A DNA stretch of 44,125 nt from a virus (lineage: Duplodnaviria > Caudoviricetes). The notes below the pieces were generated by a model, which was not told the DNA's origin, did not search any database, and saw only the letters and a list, made by a program, of their open reading frames with translations. Positions within the stretch are counted from its first letter, which is position 1. Each line of letters begins with the position of its first letter. The stretch lies in IMG/VR virus record IMGVR_UViG_3300049924_000287, positions 1 to 44,125 of that record, one strand, 5' to 3'. Of this stretch, positions 18,189-28,271 are shown piece after piece. Position numbers and translations under genes: made by a program.

Positions 18189-19157
18189 GTGGCAAACGTC
18201 TTTACCTCCATCGCGACGACCCCGGGTTTCGCTGACAACACCGTCAAGTTGGCCTGGGACCTCGTGCTGGAGCGCGTCGCCAAGGAGCGGCGCATCTTCC
18301 GCCAGTTCATCGACAAGCGGCCCGAGAAGCCGTCGCTGAACGGCAACCAGGTCAACCTCTCGCTGTACGACTACCTGTCGGCGGCGACCGTGACTGCGGC
18401 CAAGACTCCTCTTTCCGAGGAAGTTGACCCGGACTCGGTGAAGTTGCCTGCCACCCAGTTCGTCACGCTCACCTTCAACGAGTACGGGTTCACCACTCTC
18501 CGTACCGAGAAGTTGAACCAGATGACCTTCGTGGACAGCCTCGACGCCTACGCGGCCGAGGCTGTGGGTCTGCACATGGCGGACACCATCGACGAGATCA
18601 TCCAGGACATCATCGTCGCGACCAACAACAAGTTGTTCTCGTCCACCGCGACGGCGATCAACCAGGTGACCGCTGCGATGACCCTCGACTCCGAGGATGT
18701 CCGGCGTGCGGTGACCAAGTTGCGCGCGGGTCTCGCCCGGCCGTGGGATACCAGTGGCATGTACGCCGCCGTGGCCCACCCGCACGTGGTCCACGACATC
18801 CGCCAGGAGACCGGCTCCGGCGGCTGGCGCGTGCCTGCTGAGTACTCGGCTGGCATGAACAGCAAGATCTGGAACGGCGAGTTCGGCGAGCACGAGGGCG
18901 CCCGGTTCGTCCAGGCGACCACCGTGCGTACCGCGCTTGACGGTGCAGCGGCGGCCAAGGTCTACCGGACCCCGTTCTTCGGGCGTCAGGGGATCGCGGA
19001 GGGCGTGCTCATCGAGCCCGGCCTGCGAGTCGGCCCGGTCGTCGACAAGTTGATGCGGTTCCGGCCGGTGGGCTGGTACGGCATCGCGGGCTGGGTGCTG
19101 TACCGCCCGGAGGCGATTGTGGTTCTCCACAGCGGCTCCTCGGTCGCGGCGCTCTGA
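18189..19157 (+). CDS. Major capsid protein
   Basis: 322 aa; LSEEVDP, LTFNEYG, YAAVAHPHVVHDIR, NGEFGEHEGARFV, DKLMRFRPVGWYG, typical of N4-gp56-like HK97-fold capsids. Confidence 0.9.
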   Translation: MANVFTSIATTPGFADNTVKLAWDLVLERVAKERRIFRQFIDKRPEKPSLNGNQVNLSLYDYLSAATVTAAKTPLSEEVDPDSVKLPATQFVTLTFNEYGFTTLRTEKLNQMTFVDSLDAYAAEAVGLHMADTIDEIIQDIIVATNNKLFSSTATAINQVTAAMTLDSEDVRRAVTKLRAGLARPWDTSGMYAAVAHPHVVHDIRQETGSGGWRVPAEYSAGMNSKIWNGEFGEHEGARFVQATTVRTALDGAAAAKVYRTPFFGRQGIAEGVLIEPGLRVGPVVDKLMRFRPVGWYGIAGWVLYRPEAIVVLHSGSSVAAL

Positions 19158-19170
19158 TCCATCTGGTGGT

Positions 19171-19198
19171 GGCCCCGCCCTCTTCGGAGGGCGGGGCT
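19171..19198 (+). terminator. Stable hairpin after the capsid gene, no U-tract
   Basis: GGCCCCGCCCTC-TTCG-GAGGGCGGGGCT; cUUCGg loop. Confidence 0.6.
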
Positions 19199-19218
19199 CC
19201 CCCGTCGAAGGGAACTTA

Positions 19219-19479
19219 GTGGCTACGTTCACTACACCGATCGCCGAGGTCTTCCTGTGGGACGACCCGCTGATGCGGTGGTACTCGATCGACGTGGGTG
19301 TCACTGTGGTGAAGACCACCGGCGAGTTCGGTCCGATCTACCGCCAAGTCCAGAACCCCTCCGCCGAGGAACTCGAAGCCGCCGACGCTTTCTATCTCGG
19401 CGGCCGAACCTACACGATCTCCGCCGAAGAGGCGGTACTCCTCACCAGCGCCGGTTACGGCGCCGGTGTGGGCGCCTGA
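19219..19479 (+). CDS. Hypothetical protein (86 aa), probably structural
   Basis: GTG after GAAGGGA; in frame with track ORF 19117..19479. Confidence 0.7.
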   Translation: MATFTTPIAEVFLWDDPLMRWYSIDVGVTVVKTTGEFGPIYRQVQNPSAEELEAADAFYLGGRTYTISAEEAVLLTSAGYGAGVGA

Positions 19480-19489
19480 GGAGGAGCGC

Positions 19490-20353
19490 ATGCCGAGCAT
19501 CTACTACCCGCCAGCCACCCGAGGTGGCGCCTGGTTCTACGACACCTACCGCGACTCGGTGTTCGCCGGTGGTGTGGAGAAGGTCGTCTGGCACACCACC
19601 GAGGGCTCCGGCTGGCCCGCCTACGACGGCGGCGCCAAGGCCCCGCACCTCACCGCCTACCCGGACTTCTCTCTCCGGCGCCTGATCTGGCGCCAGCACT
19701 TCCCGCTGAACGTCTACTCCCGCGCGCTGCGCAACGAGCCGGGCGGTGTCCAGACCAACCTCGACGGCGCGGTCCAGGTCGAACTGATCGGCACCTCCGA
19801 CACCGATGGCCCTGGCCTCTACTGGCCGAACGCCCCGGAGTGGGCGCTGCGTGACCTGGCGAAGTTCGCGGTGTTCATGCACAAGCAGTACGGCGTGCCC
19901 CTCCGGGCTGCGCCGCTGTGGCTCCCGTACCCGAAGTCCTACGGCTCGTCCGGCGGACAGCGCTTCTCGGGTGGCACGTGGGATCGCTTCCGTGGCCACT
20001 GCGGTCACCAGCACGTTCCAGAGAACTCGCACGGAGACCCGGGTGACACCGATATCAAGCGAGTGATGATCATCGCCGACGCGATGCTCCAAGCGGAGAC
20101 GGCAGTGCCGCCACCTCCGCCACCCGCCCCCGTACCGACGCCGCCCAAGCGGTCTGCCCTCAAGGAGAGCGACATGGTGTTCATCCGTGCACTCGGAACC
20201 CAGCCTGTCTACGGCGTGAGCCTGACCGGCACCGGCTACAAGACCTGGATCCAGTTGGCCGAGTACACCGCACTCGGTCGACCGACGATCCGCGATCTGC
20301 CGGGTGACCACCCGCTGTTCGCGCTGCCGTCGCTCGGTCCAGTTCCGGCCTGA
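19490..20353 (+). CDS. Endolysin, N-acetylmuramoyl-L-alanine amidase type
   Basis: VVWHTTEG, APH, VQVELIG, GHCGHQHVPENSHGDPG zinc-amidase motifs; GAGGAG RBS; Pro linker. Confidence 0.88.
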   Translation: MPSIYYPPATRGGAWFYDTYRDSVFAGGVEKVVWHTTEGSGWPAYDGGAKAPHLTAYPDFSLRRLIWRQHFPLNVYSRALRNEPGGVQTNLDGAVQVELIGTSDTDGPGLYWPNAPEWALRDLAKFAVFMHKQYGVPLRAAPLWLPYPKSYGSSGGQRFSGGTWDRFRGHCGHQHVPENSHGDPGDTDIKRVMIIADAMLQAETAVPPPPPPAPVPTPPKRSALKESDMVFIRALGTQPVYGVSLTGTGYKTWIQLAEYTALGRPTIRDLPGDHPLFALPSLGPVPA

Positions 20354-20357
20354 CGGG

Positions 20358-20672
20358 GTGGCATCCCCCGAATTCTGGCAGTTCGCAATACCCGCCATAG
20401 CCTCAGGGGGAGCCTCTGTGGTTGCGGTGTACCTGAGCAACAGGAACACCGCGCGAGGCACGGCGGAGGTGAACCGAAAAGTCGACCAGGCAATAGAACT
20501 TTCCGAGCCGACAGGGAATGGATTTGCCAAGCATGTCTTGGACGCGCTTGAGGAGATCCGGGTCCATGCGCATCATCAAGGCGTCAGTTCGGCAAGGATC
20601 GAGACCAAGATCGACCAGCATATCCAAGACCACGCTGCATCAGACCTGATGCGAAGGAGCACAGACAAGTGA
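20358..20672 (+). CDS. Membrane protein of the lysis cassette
   Basis: N-terminal hydrophobic helix then coiled coil; between lysin and holin. Confidence 0.65.
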   Translation: MASPEFWQFAIPAIASGGASVVAVYLSNRNTARGTAEVNRKVDQAIELSEPTGNGFAKHVLDALEEIRVHAHHQGVSSARIETKIDQHIQDHAASDLMRRSTDK

Positions 20673-20881
20673 ACTTGTTCAAGGACATCGCCGAGCGGAC
20701 CGTCGCCACCTACCTCCAGGCGCTGATCGGCCTTCTGCTCGCGGCCAACTGGGTCGACGGCATCAACCTGTCGTTCGTTCAGTCGGCGGCTGTCGCCGCG
20801 ATCCCGGCGGCTCTCGCCGTGGTCAAGGGTGCGCTGGCCCAGTTCGTCGGCAATCCCGACACCGCCTCGCTCACGGTCTGA
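20669..20881 (+). CDS. Holin, r1t-like
   Basis: KDIAERTVATYLQALIGLL; two hydrophobic segments; 70 aa. Confidence 0.8.
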   Translation: MNLFKDIAERTVATYLQALIGLLLAANWVDGINLSFVQSAAVAAIPAALAVVKGALAQFVGNPDTASLTV

Positions 20882-20886
20882 CGCCG

Positions 20887-21156
20887 GTGGCCTGTCGCTC
20901 AGGCTGCCCCACCCAGGATCACCCGAGTTACGCAGCGTGCCTGCGTGGCTCGGGGATCCGGGTTGCCTACACCAACTCGGTGAACGGCTGGGACGCCACG
21001 AAGCAGAAGAAGTGGGACGGCGAACTCGCCGAGTACCGCTCGCTGGTAGACCAGGGGATCCAGCCACCGGGTAGCGACCGGGAGTCGCTGGAGTCCGCGA
21101 AGAAGTTGGCCGAACTCGGCGTACACGAGCGCGTGACCATCGAGATGAGCAAGTAG
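20887..21156 (+). CDS. Hypothetical protein
   Basis: 89 aa; CRSGCPTQDH.SYAACLR putative metal site; KKWDGEL..Y...GIQP. Confidence 0.7.
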   Translation: MACRSGCPTQDHPSYAACLRGSGIRVAYTNSVNGWDATKQKKWDGELAEYRSLVDQGIQPPGSDRESLESAKKLAELGVHERVTIEMSK

Positions 21157-21163
21157 GAGAGAC

Positions 21164-22063
21164 ATGAGCGGCTTCCCCGCCTCTGACACCCTCGGCCTGA
21201 TGGTCGACGAGGTGGTGGACACCCTCCAGGGACACACGCTGGAAGGTGAGCGGATCACGACACTCGACGGCGCGATCACGAGCAACGCAACCTCTCTGAT
21301 GGTTCTCGACGACTCGGTGCTGTCTCGCGGCACGATCGAGATCGACCAGGAACTCATCTGGATCGCCACGGCCACCGGCACGGTGGCGACCGTCCAGCCC
21401 TGGGGGCGCGGGTTCAAGGGAACCCTCGCCGAGGCTCACGCCGACGGCGCTGCGGTGTACATCAACCCAGCCTGGCCTCGATCTGTTGTCGCCCGGGAGA
21501 TCCGCAACGCAACCCGCGCTCTCTACCCGATGCTGTTCGCGGTGAAGGAACACCTGCTGACGAACAACTCGGTCAGGTACCAGTACGACCTGCCTGCCGA
21601 CTGCGAGCAGGTTCTTCGGATCGACTGGCGCCGGACCGAACTCGAAGGGTGGATCCCGGCTGACGCCTGGGACTTCATCACCATCGCCCCGACGACCGAC
21701 CTGCCGAACGGCAAGTTGCTCTCGATCATGGACCTGGTCCCCGTCGGGGTGGACATCAAGGTCACCTACCTCGCCAAGCCCACCGTGATGTCGGCGCTCA
21801 CCGACACCTGGGCCAGCACCGGCCTGTCGGACTCGGCCAAGGACGTCGTCCTCTACGGCGTCCTCGCTCGCCTAGCCAGGTCGCTGGATCTGGCTAGGCT
21901 TTCGACCCAGTCGGCCCAGGCCGCTGCGCTGGGCCAGGCTCGGCCGCAGGGCATCGCGGTCCAGGTGGCCCGCGAGTACCAGCAGAACTACCAGACCCGC
22001 CTTGCCGAGGAACGGCGTCGGCTGATGGCTCAGTACCCCACCCGCGCGTACAAGACAAGGTGA
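21164..22063 (+). CDS. Putative tail adaptor (tubular protein A-like)
   Basis: 299 aa; AGGAG RBS; position before fibre and nozzle. Confidence 0.6.
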   Translation: MSGFPASDTLGLMVDEVVDTLQGHTLEGERITTLDGAITSNATSLMVLDDSVLSRGTIEIDQELIWIATATGTVATVQPWGRGFKGTLAEAHADGAAVYINPAWPRSVVAREIRNATRALYPMLFAVKEHLLTNNSVRYQYDLPADCEQVLRIDWRRTELEGWIPADAWDFITIAPTTDLPNGKLLSIMDLVPVGVDIKVTYLAKPTVMSALTDTWASTGLSDSAKDVVLYGVLARLARSLDLARLSTQSAQAAALGQARPQGIAVQVAREYQQNYQTRLAEERRRLMAQYPTRAYKTR

Positions 22064-22067
22064 CCTG

Positions 22068-23414
22068 ATGGCTCGCAACTACAGCAGCAACGCCGTCGCG
22101 ATGCAACTCACCGGGTCGATGACCGGGGTGACTACGATCGCCTCGGTCAACGTCGTGACCGGCATTCCGGCCACTCCGTTCACGATCATCGTGGACAGGG
22201 ACACCGGATCCGAAGAGGTGATGGAGGTCACCAGCGTTGCGGGCCTGAACCTCACGGTAACCCGTGGGGTGGATGGCACTGCCGCTACTTCGCACTCGGT
22301 TGGCGCCACCGTGGTCCACGGCTTCTCGGCTCGCGATCTCCGCGAGCCTGCGCAGCACATCGACGCCACGACCAACATCCACGGTGTCGGCGTAGGCGCT
22401 TCGGTGGTTGGCACCACCACCACACAGACGCTCAGCGCCAAGACCTTCCAGGCTCCGAGTGACGTCTCGGCGGTCGATGTCAAGGCCGCCAGTCCGCAAA
22501 CCAACCCGATGATGCGGTTCCTCTCCAACGCCGGAGCGGTCCTCGCTTCTATCTCCGGCATCGGCCGGGTCGCCACGCCAGGCGTAGACGGCAGCAACAC
22601 CTCGACTTTCACCGCCGGTGCCTCTGGCACCAAGGCGCTGATCGCCAAGGGTGCGGCCAGCCAGAGCGTTAGCGTCTTCGAGGTGCAGAACTCCGGCGCC
22701 ACGCCGGTGGTCACTGCCAGCGCGGCTGGCGACGTAGTGATGAACGGCGCGCTCACTTCTGGCGCGGTCACCGCCACCGGTGCCAACTCTTTCACCGGCA
22801 CTGCGATCGGCCAGATCGTCGCGAAGATCAAGGGCTTCGCCGGTCACACCGCGAACCTCCTAGAGGTTCAGGACTCCGCCGCTGCGGTGAAGTTCAGCGT
22901 CAGCCCGGCAGGGATCGTCACCACCTCCGGCGCCTTGAACGCCGGGGGCGCGGTCACCACCGGTGGCAACCTGACGGTCAACGGCGGATCGGGCACGATC
23001 TCCGCCAACCTCGACTCGTACCTGCCGTCGGTTGTCACGGTCACCGCGAGCGGCGACGTCGCTCTTTCCACCGGTGCGCAGGACGTGCCGGGCGCCACGC
23101 TCCCGGTCACCGGACCGGCGAGCGGCTCGGTGACCCTGCTGATCTGGGCGACGTTCGACATGGACTGCACTGCGTTCGTCTCGCAGAACCTGTCGCGCGG
23201 CTGGGTCGATCTGGATGGCGCTACTCAGTCGCCGTTCGCGGTCTTCGGCAACACCGCCGCTGGGCAGCGGGCTACGATCACCCAGGTCTACGCGGTTGCC
23301 ATCGGCCCCGGTGCGCACACGGTGAAACTCCGGGCGGACCGGACCACCGCAGCCAACACCCTATTCTGCCGTGGGGCGAACACCACGCTGAGCATCTTGA
23401 AGATGAAGGGCTAA
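22068..23414 (+). CDS. Tail fibre / receptor-binding protein
   Basis: N-terminal EEVMEVT...LTVTRGVDGT...H..GATV; internal K/G...EVQ.S repeats; beta-rich C-terminus. Confidence 0.75.
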   Translation: MARNYSSNAVAMQLTGSMTGVTTIASVNVVTGIPATPFTIIVDRDTGSEEVMEVTSVAGLNLTVTRGVDGTAATSHSVGATVVHGFSARDLREPAQHIDATTNIHGVGVGASVVGTTTTQTLSAKTFQAPSDVSAVDVKAASPQTNPMMRFLSNAGAVLASISGIGRVATPGVDGSNTSTFTAGASGTKALIAKGAASQSVSVFEVQNSGATPVVTASAAGDVVMNGALTSGAVTATGANSFTGTAIGQIVAKIKGFAGHTANLLEVQDSAAAVKFSVSPAGIVTTSGALNAGGAVTTGGNLTVNGGSGTISANLDSYLPSVVTVTASGDVALSTGAQDVPGATLPVTGPASGSVTLLIWATFDMDCTAFVSQNLSRGWVDLDGATQSPFAVFGNTAAGQRATITQVYAVAIGPGAHTVKLRADRTTAANTLFCRGANTTLSILKMKG

Positions 23415-23417
23415 CTC

Positions 23418-25304
23418 GTGACCTCCCCGGACATCACCGAACGGATCCCGTCAGTACTGTCCGCTCGGGCTCTGGTCAACTCGGTGTACTCCAACTCGGG
23501 GATCAAGTACGACTTCGCCTTGGCGGGTCTGCCGTTCTTCATCGCTCCTTCGCCGGAGACGCCGTACCGGCGTCGGTCGGTGGAGATCAGGCGGCAGCAG
23601 ATTGACACCTCGCGCGAGCCCGGCGAGCAGTCGCTGTCTCAGTGGTGGGTCCGGGACCAGGACTCCTGGCACCGTGGTGCCGGGATCAAGTTCTACGATC
23701 CGGGTAGCGACCCGCTGACCCAGTACCGCTTCGAGGACTCTCGCGGTGTCGACGTCTGGACCAAAGGCGACGCGACCCTGCTGTACCGGACCGAGCAGAA
23801 GGTCACCACCACCGAGGCGAGCAACGTCTGGACGACCGCTGCGCACGACGGTACGTCTGACGTGTTGTTCAACCAGATCGCTGGCACCGTGACCCGCTGG
23901 ACCACTGCGGTCCAGACGAACTACTCGAACGCAACCGGCCTTACACCGGCCACCAAGGTGGCCGTGGCGGGCTCGAAGATCCTGGTCGGCACCACCGGTG
24001 GGATCCTCTCTGGCGACGTCACGGGCAGCGCCCTGACATCGCTCTGGACCGGCGGTGCATCGGTGACTCGCCCGTTCTGGGTGAAGTCGAGGATCATCGC
24101 CACCAAGAACGCCAACCTCTACGAGATGACCCTGGCGGGTGGTGCCATACCGGCGCCGTTGTACACCCACCCCACAGCGGGCTGGCAGTGGACTGCGGTG
24201 ACCGAGACGCCGGACAGCATCATGGTCGCAGGGCACGCGGGCGGCTACTCGGCGATCTACGAGTTCCTTCTGACCGACACCGGCGTAGCCGGTGGCACAC
24301 CGACGTTGTCGGACGCTGTGCAGGTTGCCGAGTTCCCGCCGGGCGAGAGGGTGACTTCCCTCTCCGTCTACCTCGGCGGGACCGTGGCTATCGGGACGAA
24401 CCTCGGGATCCGGGTCGGGCGCCTTGGCACCAACGGCAGGCTGGAGTACGGTCCTCTGCTGGTCGAGACCACCACCCCGGTGGTAGACGTCACCGCCAGG
24501 GACCGGTTCCTGTTCTGCCTCACGCAGAACCCCGAGGCCGAGGCTTCGGTGATCCGGGTGGATCTGAGCCAAGAGATCGAGAACCTCGTCTTCGCCTACG
24601 CCTGGGACGCCAGCGTCCATGCGCTCAAGACCGGCAACGCCGTGGCGCTGTACGGGGAGAAGGTGGCTATCGCCGCCCTCGCCTCTGGCATCTGGGTGCA
24701 GGAGTCGAACTACGAGAGCACCGGGTACATCAGGTCCGGCAGGGTGCGGTACGCGACCACCGAGCCGAAGTACTTCGGGGCCGCCAAGGTCCGTTCGCTG
24801 ATCCCCTCTACCCCTGCTGGCGCAGGGGTGAGCCTTTCTACGATCGACCCTCCGGGCAACACGGTGTTCATCTTCCGGATGGAAGCGACGTTCAACACCG
24901 ACGAGGACATCGGCGTCGGAGAGCCGACGCTCCAGCACATGCAGTTGCTGCTCACGCTAGACAACTCCACCGACCTTCTGGCCACTCCGACTCTCCAAGG
25001 GTGGCAACTCAAGGCCCTGCCGGTTCCACCGTCTCAGCGGCGGGTGGAGGTTCCGATCCTGATGTTCGACGTAGAGTCGGACCCACGCGGAACCAAGGTC
25101 GGCATCCCAGGCTCAGCCTGGGCCAGACTGCAAGCGCTCGAAGACCTGGAGTCTGCCGGTGCGGTGTTCACCGCACAGGACATGACCACCGGCGAGCAGT
25201 TCAGGTGCAAGATCGAGGCGATCGACTTCGTCCGCACCTCCCCTCCGGACGGGGCTGAGACAGGGTTCGGCGGCAGGGTGCAGATCGCCCTGACGCGGCT
25301 GTGA
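23418..25304 (+). CDS. Putative tail nozzle (tubular protein B-like)
   Basis: 628 aa, beta-rich; size and position fit a podoviral nozzle. Confidence 0.6.
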   Translation: MTSPDITERIPSVLSARALVNSVYSNSGIKYDFALAGLPFFIAPSPETPYRRRSVEIRRQQIDTSREPGEQSLSQWWVRDQDSWHRGAGIKFYDPGSDPLTQYRFEDSRGVDVWTKGDATLLYRTEQKVTTTEASNVWTTAAHDGTSDVLFNQIAGTVTRWTTAVQTNYSNATGLTPATKVAVAGSKILVGTTGGILSGDVTGSALTSLWTGGASVTRPFWVKSRIIATKNANLYEMTLAGGAIPAPLYTHPTAGWQWTAVTETPDSIMVAGHAGGYSAIYEFLLTDTGVAGGTPTLSDAVQVAEFPPGERVTSLSVYLGGTVAIGTNLGIRVGRLGTNGRLEYGPLLVETTTPVVDVTARDRFLFCLTQNPEAEASVIRVDLSQEIENLVFAYAWDASVHALKTGNAVALYGEKVAIAALASGIWVQESNYESTGYIRSGRVRYATTEPKYFGAAKVRSLIPSTPAGAGVSLSTIDPPGNTVFIFRMEATFNTDEDIGVGEPTLQHMQLLLTLDNSTDLLATPTLQGWQLKALPVPPSQRRVEVPILMFDVESDPRGTKVGIPGSAWARLQALEDLESAGAVFTAQDMTTGEQFRCKIEAIDFVRTSPPDGAETGFGGRVQIALTRL

Positions 25305-25747
25305 GTCCGGCCTGGTACCGCCGGGTACTCTCGGAAGGTGACGTCGGTGACGACGTCGCGATCATCCAGAGGAAACTGGGCCTGGTGCCCACCGGGCGGT
25401 ACGACAACCAACTCGCCCAGACGATCAGAGGAGTACAGAGGATGGCGAAGCGCAAGGAGACCGGCGTCGTGGACGCCGACACCGCCAAGGATCTCGGCGA
25501 GAGCGTGGTCACCGACCTGATGCCACGCTGGTTCCACCGGCCGCTGGCGCTGGGCACCGTAGGCGACGACGTCGCTGCGGTAAACCGCAGGCTGTTCGTC
25601 CACCCGAAGGGCAAGTACGAGAACCGGTTCACCCCGGACACCGAGGCTGCTGTTCGCCGGTTGCAGTCGGGCAACGACTTGCCGACCACCGGTCAGGTCG
25701 GAGACGACGAGGCGCTGCTCATCGGAGACGACGAGATCGATGACTGA
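25301..25747 (+). CDS. Peptidoglycan-binding domain protein (two domains)
   Basis: LSEGDVGDDVAIIQRKL...TGVVDADT and LALGTVGDDVAAVNRRL...TEAAVRRLQ...TGQVG. Confidence 0.85.
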   Translation: MSPAWYRRVLSEGDVGDDVAIIQRKLGLVPTGRYDNQLAQTIRGVQRMAKRKETGVVDADTAKDLGESVVTDLMPRWFHRPLALGTVGDDVAAVNRRLFVHPKGKYENRFTPDTEAAVRRLQSGNDLPTTGQVGDDEALLIGDDEIDD

Positions 25748-25750
25748 TCC

Positions 25751-25795
25751 AACAAGAGAAGCCCCCTACCCGAAAGGGTAGGGGGCTCTTCTTGT
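25751..25795. terminator. Intrinsic terminator between convergent operons, probably bidirectional
   Basis: AGCCCCCTACCC-GAAA-GGGTAGGGGGCT (25760-25787) with pyrimidine-rich tails on both strands. Confidence 0.85.
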
Positions 25796-25901
25796 GTCTC
25801 GGTTCACCAGGCCGAGACGGTCTTGCTACCCCACACGAGCGGAAGGAGAGCCCGTAGTAGAGACTCTACTTCACGCCCGCCAGGAGGTCAAGCCAGAGCG
25901 A

Positions 25902-26408
25902 TCAGGCGCCGGTGTTGGTGCGCGTGATGAAAGCGTCACACGCACCGCTCCCGCCGGTGATGTGGAACCGGAGGGTGTAGCCCGCCGGGGTGTCCTTGCC
26001 AGCGGAGGCGTTGTCGAAGAACACCGACCGGTTCGGGTCGCGCCGAGTGGCGACACCCGCCGGAACGCTGATCTGGAACGGGTTGCCGTGGGTGCCGCCG
26101 AGCCGCTCGGTGGTGCCACCGGCGTTCGGGGTGAGCAGGACGTCGACGTTCACGGCGCCGGGGCTGGAGACCACGACGTACGAGTCGTAGTTCCGGACGT
26201 CCCCGGCGACGTTCTTGATCGTCTGGTTCTTCTCGGAGACTGCGACCTGCCAGTTCTGCGACAGGTTGCAGGTGTCGCCCTTGGTCCGCTCACTGAGGAT
26301 GTCCCACCCTCCGGTCGGGGTACCGGCCGAGGCCGGGGCGGACAGGGGGGCGAGCGCGGCGGCGGCCAGGCCGACGCTGGCGAGACCGATGGCGGTCTTG
26401 CGATTCAT
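25902..26408 (-). CDS. Secreted protein of unknown function
   Basis: Signal peptide MNRKTAIGLASVGLAAAALAPLSAPASA; AGGAG RBS. Confidence 0.8.
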   Translation of the reverse strand: MNRKTAIGLASVGLAAAALAPLSAPASAGTPTGGWDILSERTKGDTCNLSQNWQVAVSEKNQTIKNVAGDVRNYDSYVVVSSPGAVNVDVLLTPNAGGTTERLGGTHGNPFQISVPAGVATRRDPNRSVFFDNASAGKDTPAGYTLRFHITGGSGACDAFITRTNTGA

Positions 26409-26427
26409 TCAGTTTCTCCTTCTCGAT

Positions 26428-26592
26428 CTACTTGCAGGACAGTGCTCCGGGGTTACGCTCACAGTACTGGCTACTGTGAGGTTCGTCAACACTCTCGCCG
26501 CCGTCGTGTATCGGACGGGTTCCGATAGCGATGAACGCACACGCGGCGAGCAGAACCAGCAGCCAGAACCCCGCTGACCCCTGGTCGTTCAC
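26428..26592 (-). CDS. Small membrane protein (54 aa)
   Basis: GTGA overlap with upstream gene; FWLLVLLAACAFIAIG hydrophobic helix. Confidence 0.6.
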   Translation of the reverse strand: MNDQGSAGFWLLVLLAACAFIAIGTRPIHDGGESVDEPHSSQYCERNPGALSCK

Positions 26593-26726
26593 TTGCAGTC
26601 GCCGTTCTCCAGGCGCTGCTTGAGGTCCTTGCACTCCCCACTGCCGCCGACAGGCGAGTCACAGGAACTCGCGCTGGTCAGGACGACCACCGCGAACAGC
26701 GCGACGGTCGCCAGGATCCTACGCAA
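26589..26726 (-). CDS. Small putative lipoprotein (45 aa, not in ORF track)
   Basis: TTG start; MRRILATVALFAVVVLTSASSC signal ending in Cys; fills the gap with overlaps at both ends. Confidence 0.55.
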   Translation of the reverse strand: MRRILATVALFAVVVLTSASSCDSPVGGSGECKDLKQRLENGDCK

Positions 26727-27072
26727 CGGTCAACACCTGCTGAGCAGTGCGGAAGTTGTTCGTCGACCCAGGCTCGGTGACCTTGAGGACCAGGGTCCAG
26801 GTCCCTCGCGGGAGAACGAACGTCGTGGTCGGCCCGTAGCCCGCTGCGTAGCCGAGCCGGTTGCCACCCTGCTTGTACGCCCGCCAGTCGTAGCGCGAGC
26901 CCTCGGCGGCGGTGGTGGTCGAGGTGGCGGTGACGATTTCGTTGTAAGCCGGGGTGGTGTTGCTGACCGTGAACGACACCACCGGAACGGCGGCGGCGGG
27001 TGCCGCCGCGTAGCCGATCAGCGCGCCTACGACGAGCGAGACGGCCAGGACGAACGTGCTGCGGATCTTCAT
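26719..27072 (-). CDS. Secreted PKD/Ig-like domain protein
   Basis: Signal peptide ending APAAA; PVVSFTVS...YDW...GTWTLVLKVT pattern. Confidence 0.75.
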   Translation of the reverse strand: MKIRSTFVLAVSLVVGALIGYAAAPAAAVPVVSFTVSNTTPAYNEIVTATSTTTAAEGSRYDWRAYKQGGNRLGYAAGYGPTTTFVLPRGTWTLVLKVTEPGSTNNFRTAQQVLTVA

Positions 27073-27084
27073 GGGTTCTCCTTC

Positions 27085-27441
27085 CTACCTGATGTTCACC
27101 GGGACGCCTGCCTTGACAGCCCGCTTGACACAGTCCCAGGTCCCGGTGCTGTCGGGACCGGGGAACGCGAGGCAGATGTCGAACCCACCCAGATCGACCA
27201 TCTCTTGGTTGCGGATCGGGCCAGCCGCCTTGCCATGCTGGCCCCAGTCGGCGGGGTAGCCTTTGGTGAGGCCACCTCGGTCATCGACGATGACCCTGGC
27301 CAGGGTGTCGGCGCCACCGGCGGCTCCGTGGATCAGGTACACGCTGGTCCAGTCCCAGTCCTCGACCACTTCATCGAACGCCTTGAGCACCCGCATCGGG
27401 TCGTCGAGGTCCCGACTCCCGGTGACCAGGATCTTCTGCAT
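27085..27441 (-). CDS. SLOG-family protein (DUF2493/YspA-like)
   Basis: KILVTGSRD, LIHGAAGGAD, YPADW..HGKAAGPIRNQEM, AFPG..STGT; TGATG coupling. Confidence 0.85.
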   Translation of the reverse strand: MQKILVTGSRDLDDPMRVLKAFDEVVEDWDWTSVYLIHGAAGGADTLARVIVDDRGGLTKGYPADWGQHGKAAGPIRNQEMVDLGGFDICLAFPGPDSTGTWDCVKRAVKAGVPVNIR

Positions 27442-28271
27442 CAGCCTGCGACGTTCACCGAGAACGGTGAACCGTCGGACCAGTAGTTGCCCGACTCGAC
27501 CAGTGTGGTTGCTCGGGTCCGAACGATCGCGCAGCCGGGGATCAGCCCGTTCGGCCCGAACTTGTTGTCGGTCACGCTCACCGGCCCGAGGGTGCTGAGC
27601 GGCTTGTGCTGCAAGTGCACCATGCATGCCCCGGCGTTGAAGTAGTTCTTCGAGACCGCCAGCCCGATCACCGGCCCCTGCGACTGGGTAACCTGGATCG
27701 CCGAGGCATTGCCGCCGAGGATGTGGTTCCCCGAGACCACGACGTTCGACCCACCGAGGATCTGGACGCCGTCGTTGTGCGACGGCCCTCCGCCCTGGGC
27801 TGGATCGACCTGGTACTGAGTCAGGTCATGGATCCTACTGGACAAAACGCGGGCGTTGGACCGGAAGATCTTGATCCCGTCAACGGTGCCCGAGATGTCC
27901 ACTCGCCTGGCGGTGAAGTTGCCCCCGTGGATCCCGTCGATGTAGACCGACGGGAACTCCGGCTTGAGCACCACGTCCTGGATCAGCAGGTTCAGTGCCG
28001 TCGGGGTGGTGTTACGGATCAGCCCCCGGGAACCGGTGGCCTGACCTCCTCGAACGATCGAGTTGGTGATCTTGACGTCCGCCGCGCGGACCTCGACGAA
28101 CCCGTGGACGTCCAGGTTGTCCAGCACGCGGCCGGGCTGGGTGACCACGATGTCACCGTGGACCACGGTCTTCTGGACCGGGATCGGTCCGCCGGTCAGG
28201 TCGCCAGCGCCGAAGAGCGCCGCGCCGAGGGCTGCGGTCAGCGCCGCTACTGCGATGATCATGCGCCTCAC
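27441..28271 (-). CDS. Secreted right-handed beta-helix (pectin lyase-like) protein
   Basis: Signal/anchor then beta-helix repeats VKITNSIV, DGIHGGNF, DGIKI, HNDGVQILGGSNVVVSGNHI. Confidence 0.8.
   Translation of the reverse strand: MRRMIIAVAALTAALGAALFGAGDLTGGPIPVQKTVVHGDIVVTQPGRVLDNLDVHGFVEVRAADVKITNSIVRGGQATGSRGLIRNTTPTALNLLIQDVVLKPEFPSVYIDGIHGGNFTARRVDISGTVDGIKIFRSNARVLSSRIHDLTQYQVDPAQGGGPSHNDGVQILGGSNVVVSGNHILGGNASAIQVTQSQGPVIGLAVSKNYFNAGACMVHLQHKPLSTLGPVSVTDNKFGPNGLIPGCAIVRTRATTLVESGNYWSDGSPFSVNVAG

Noticed and set aside
19117-19479. Frameshift extension of the capsid protein into the next ORF
   Set aside because: No slippery site seen; the downstream gene has its own RBS and GTG at 19219
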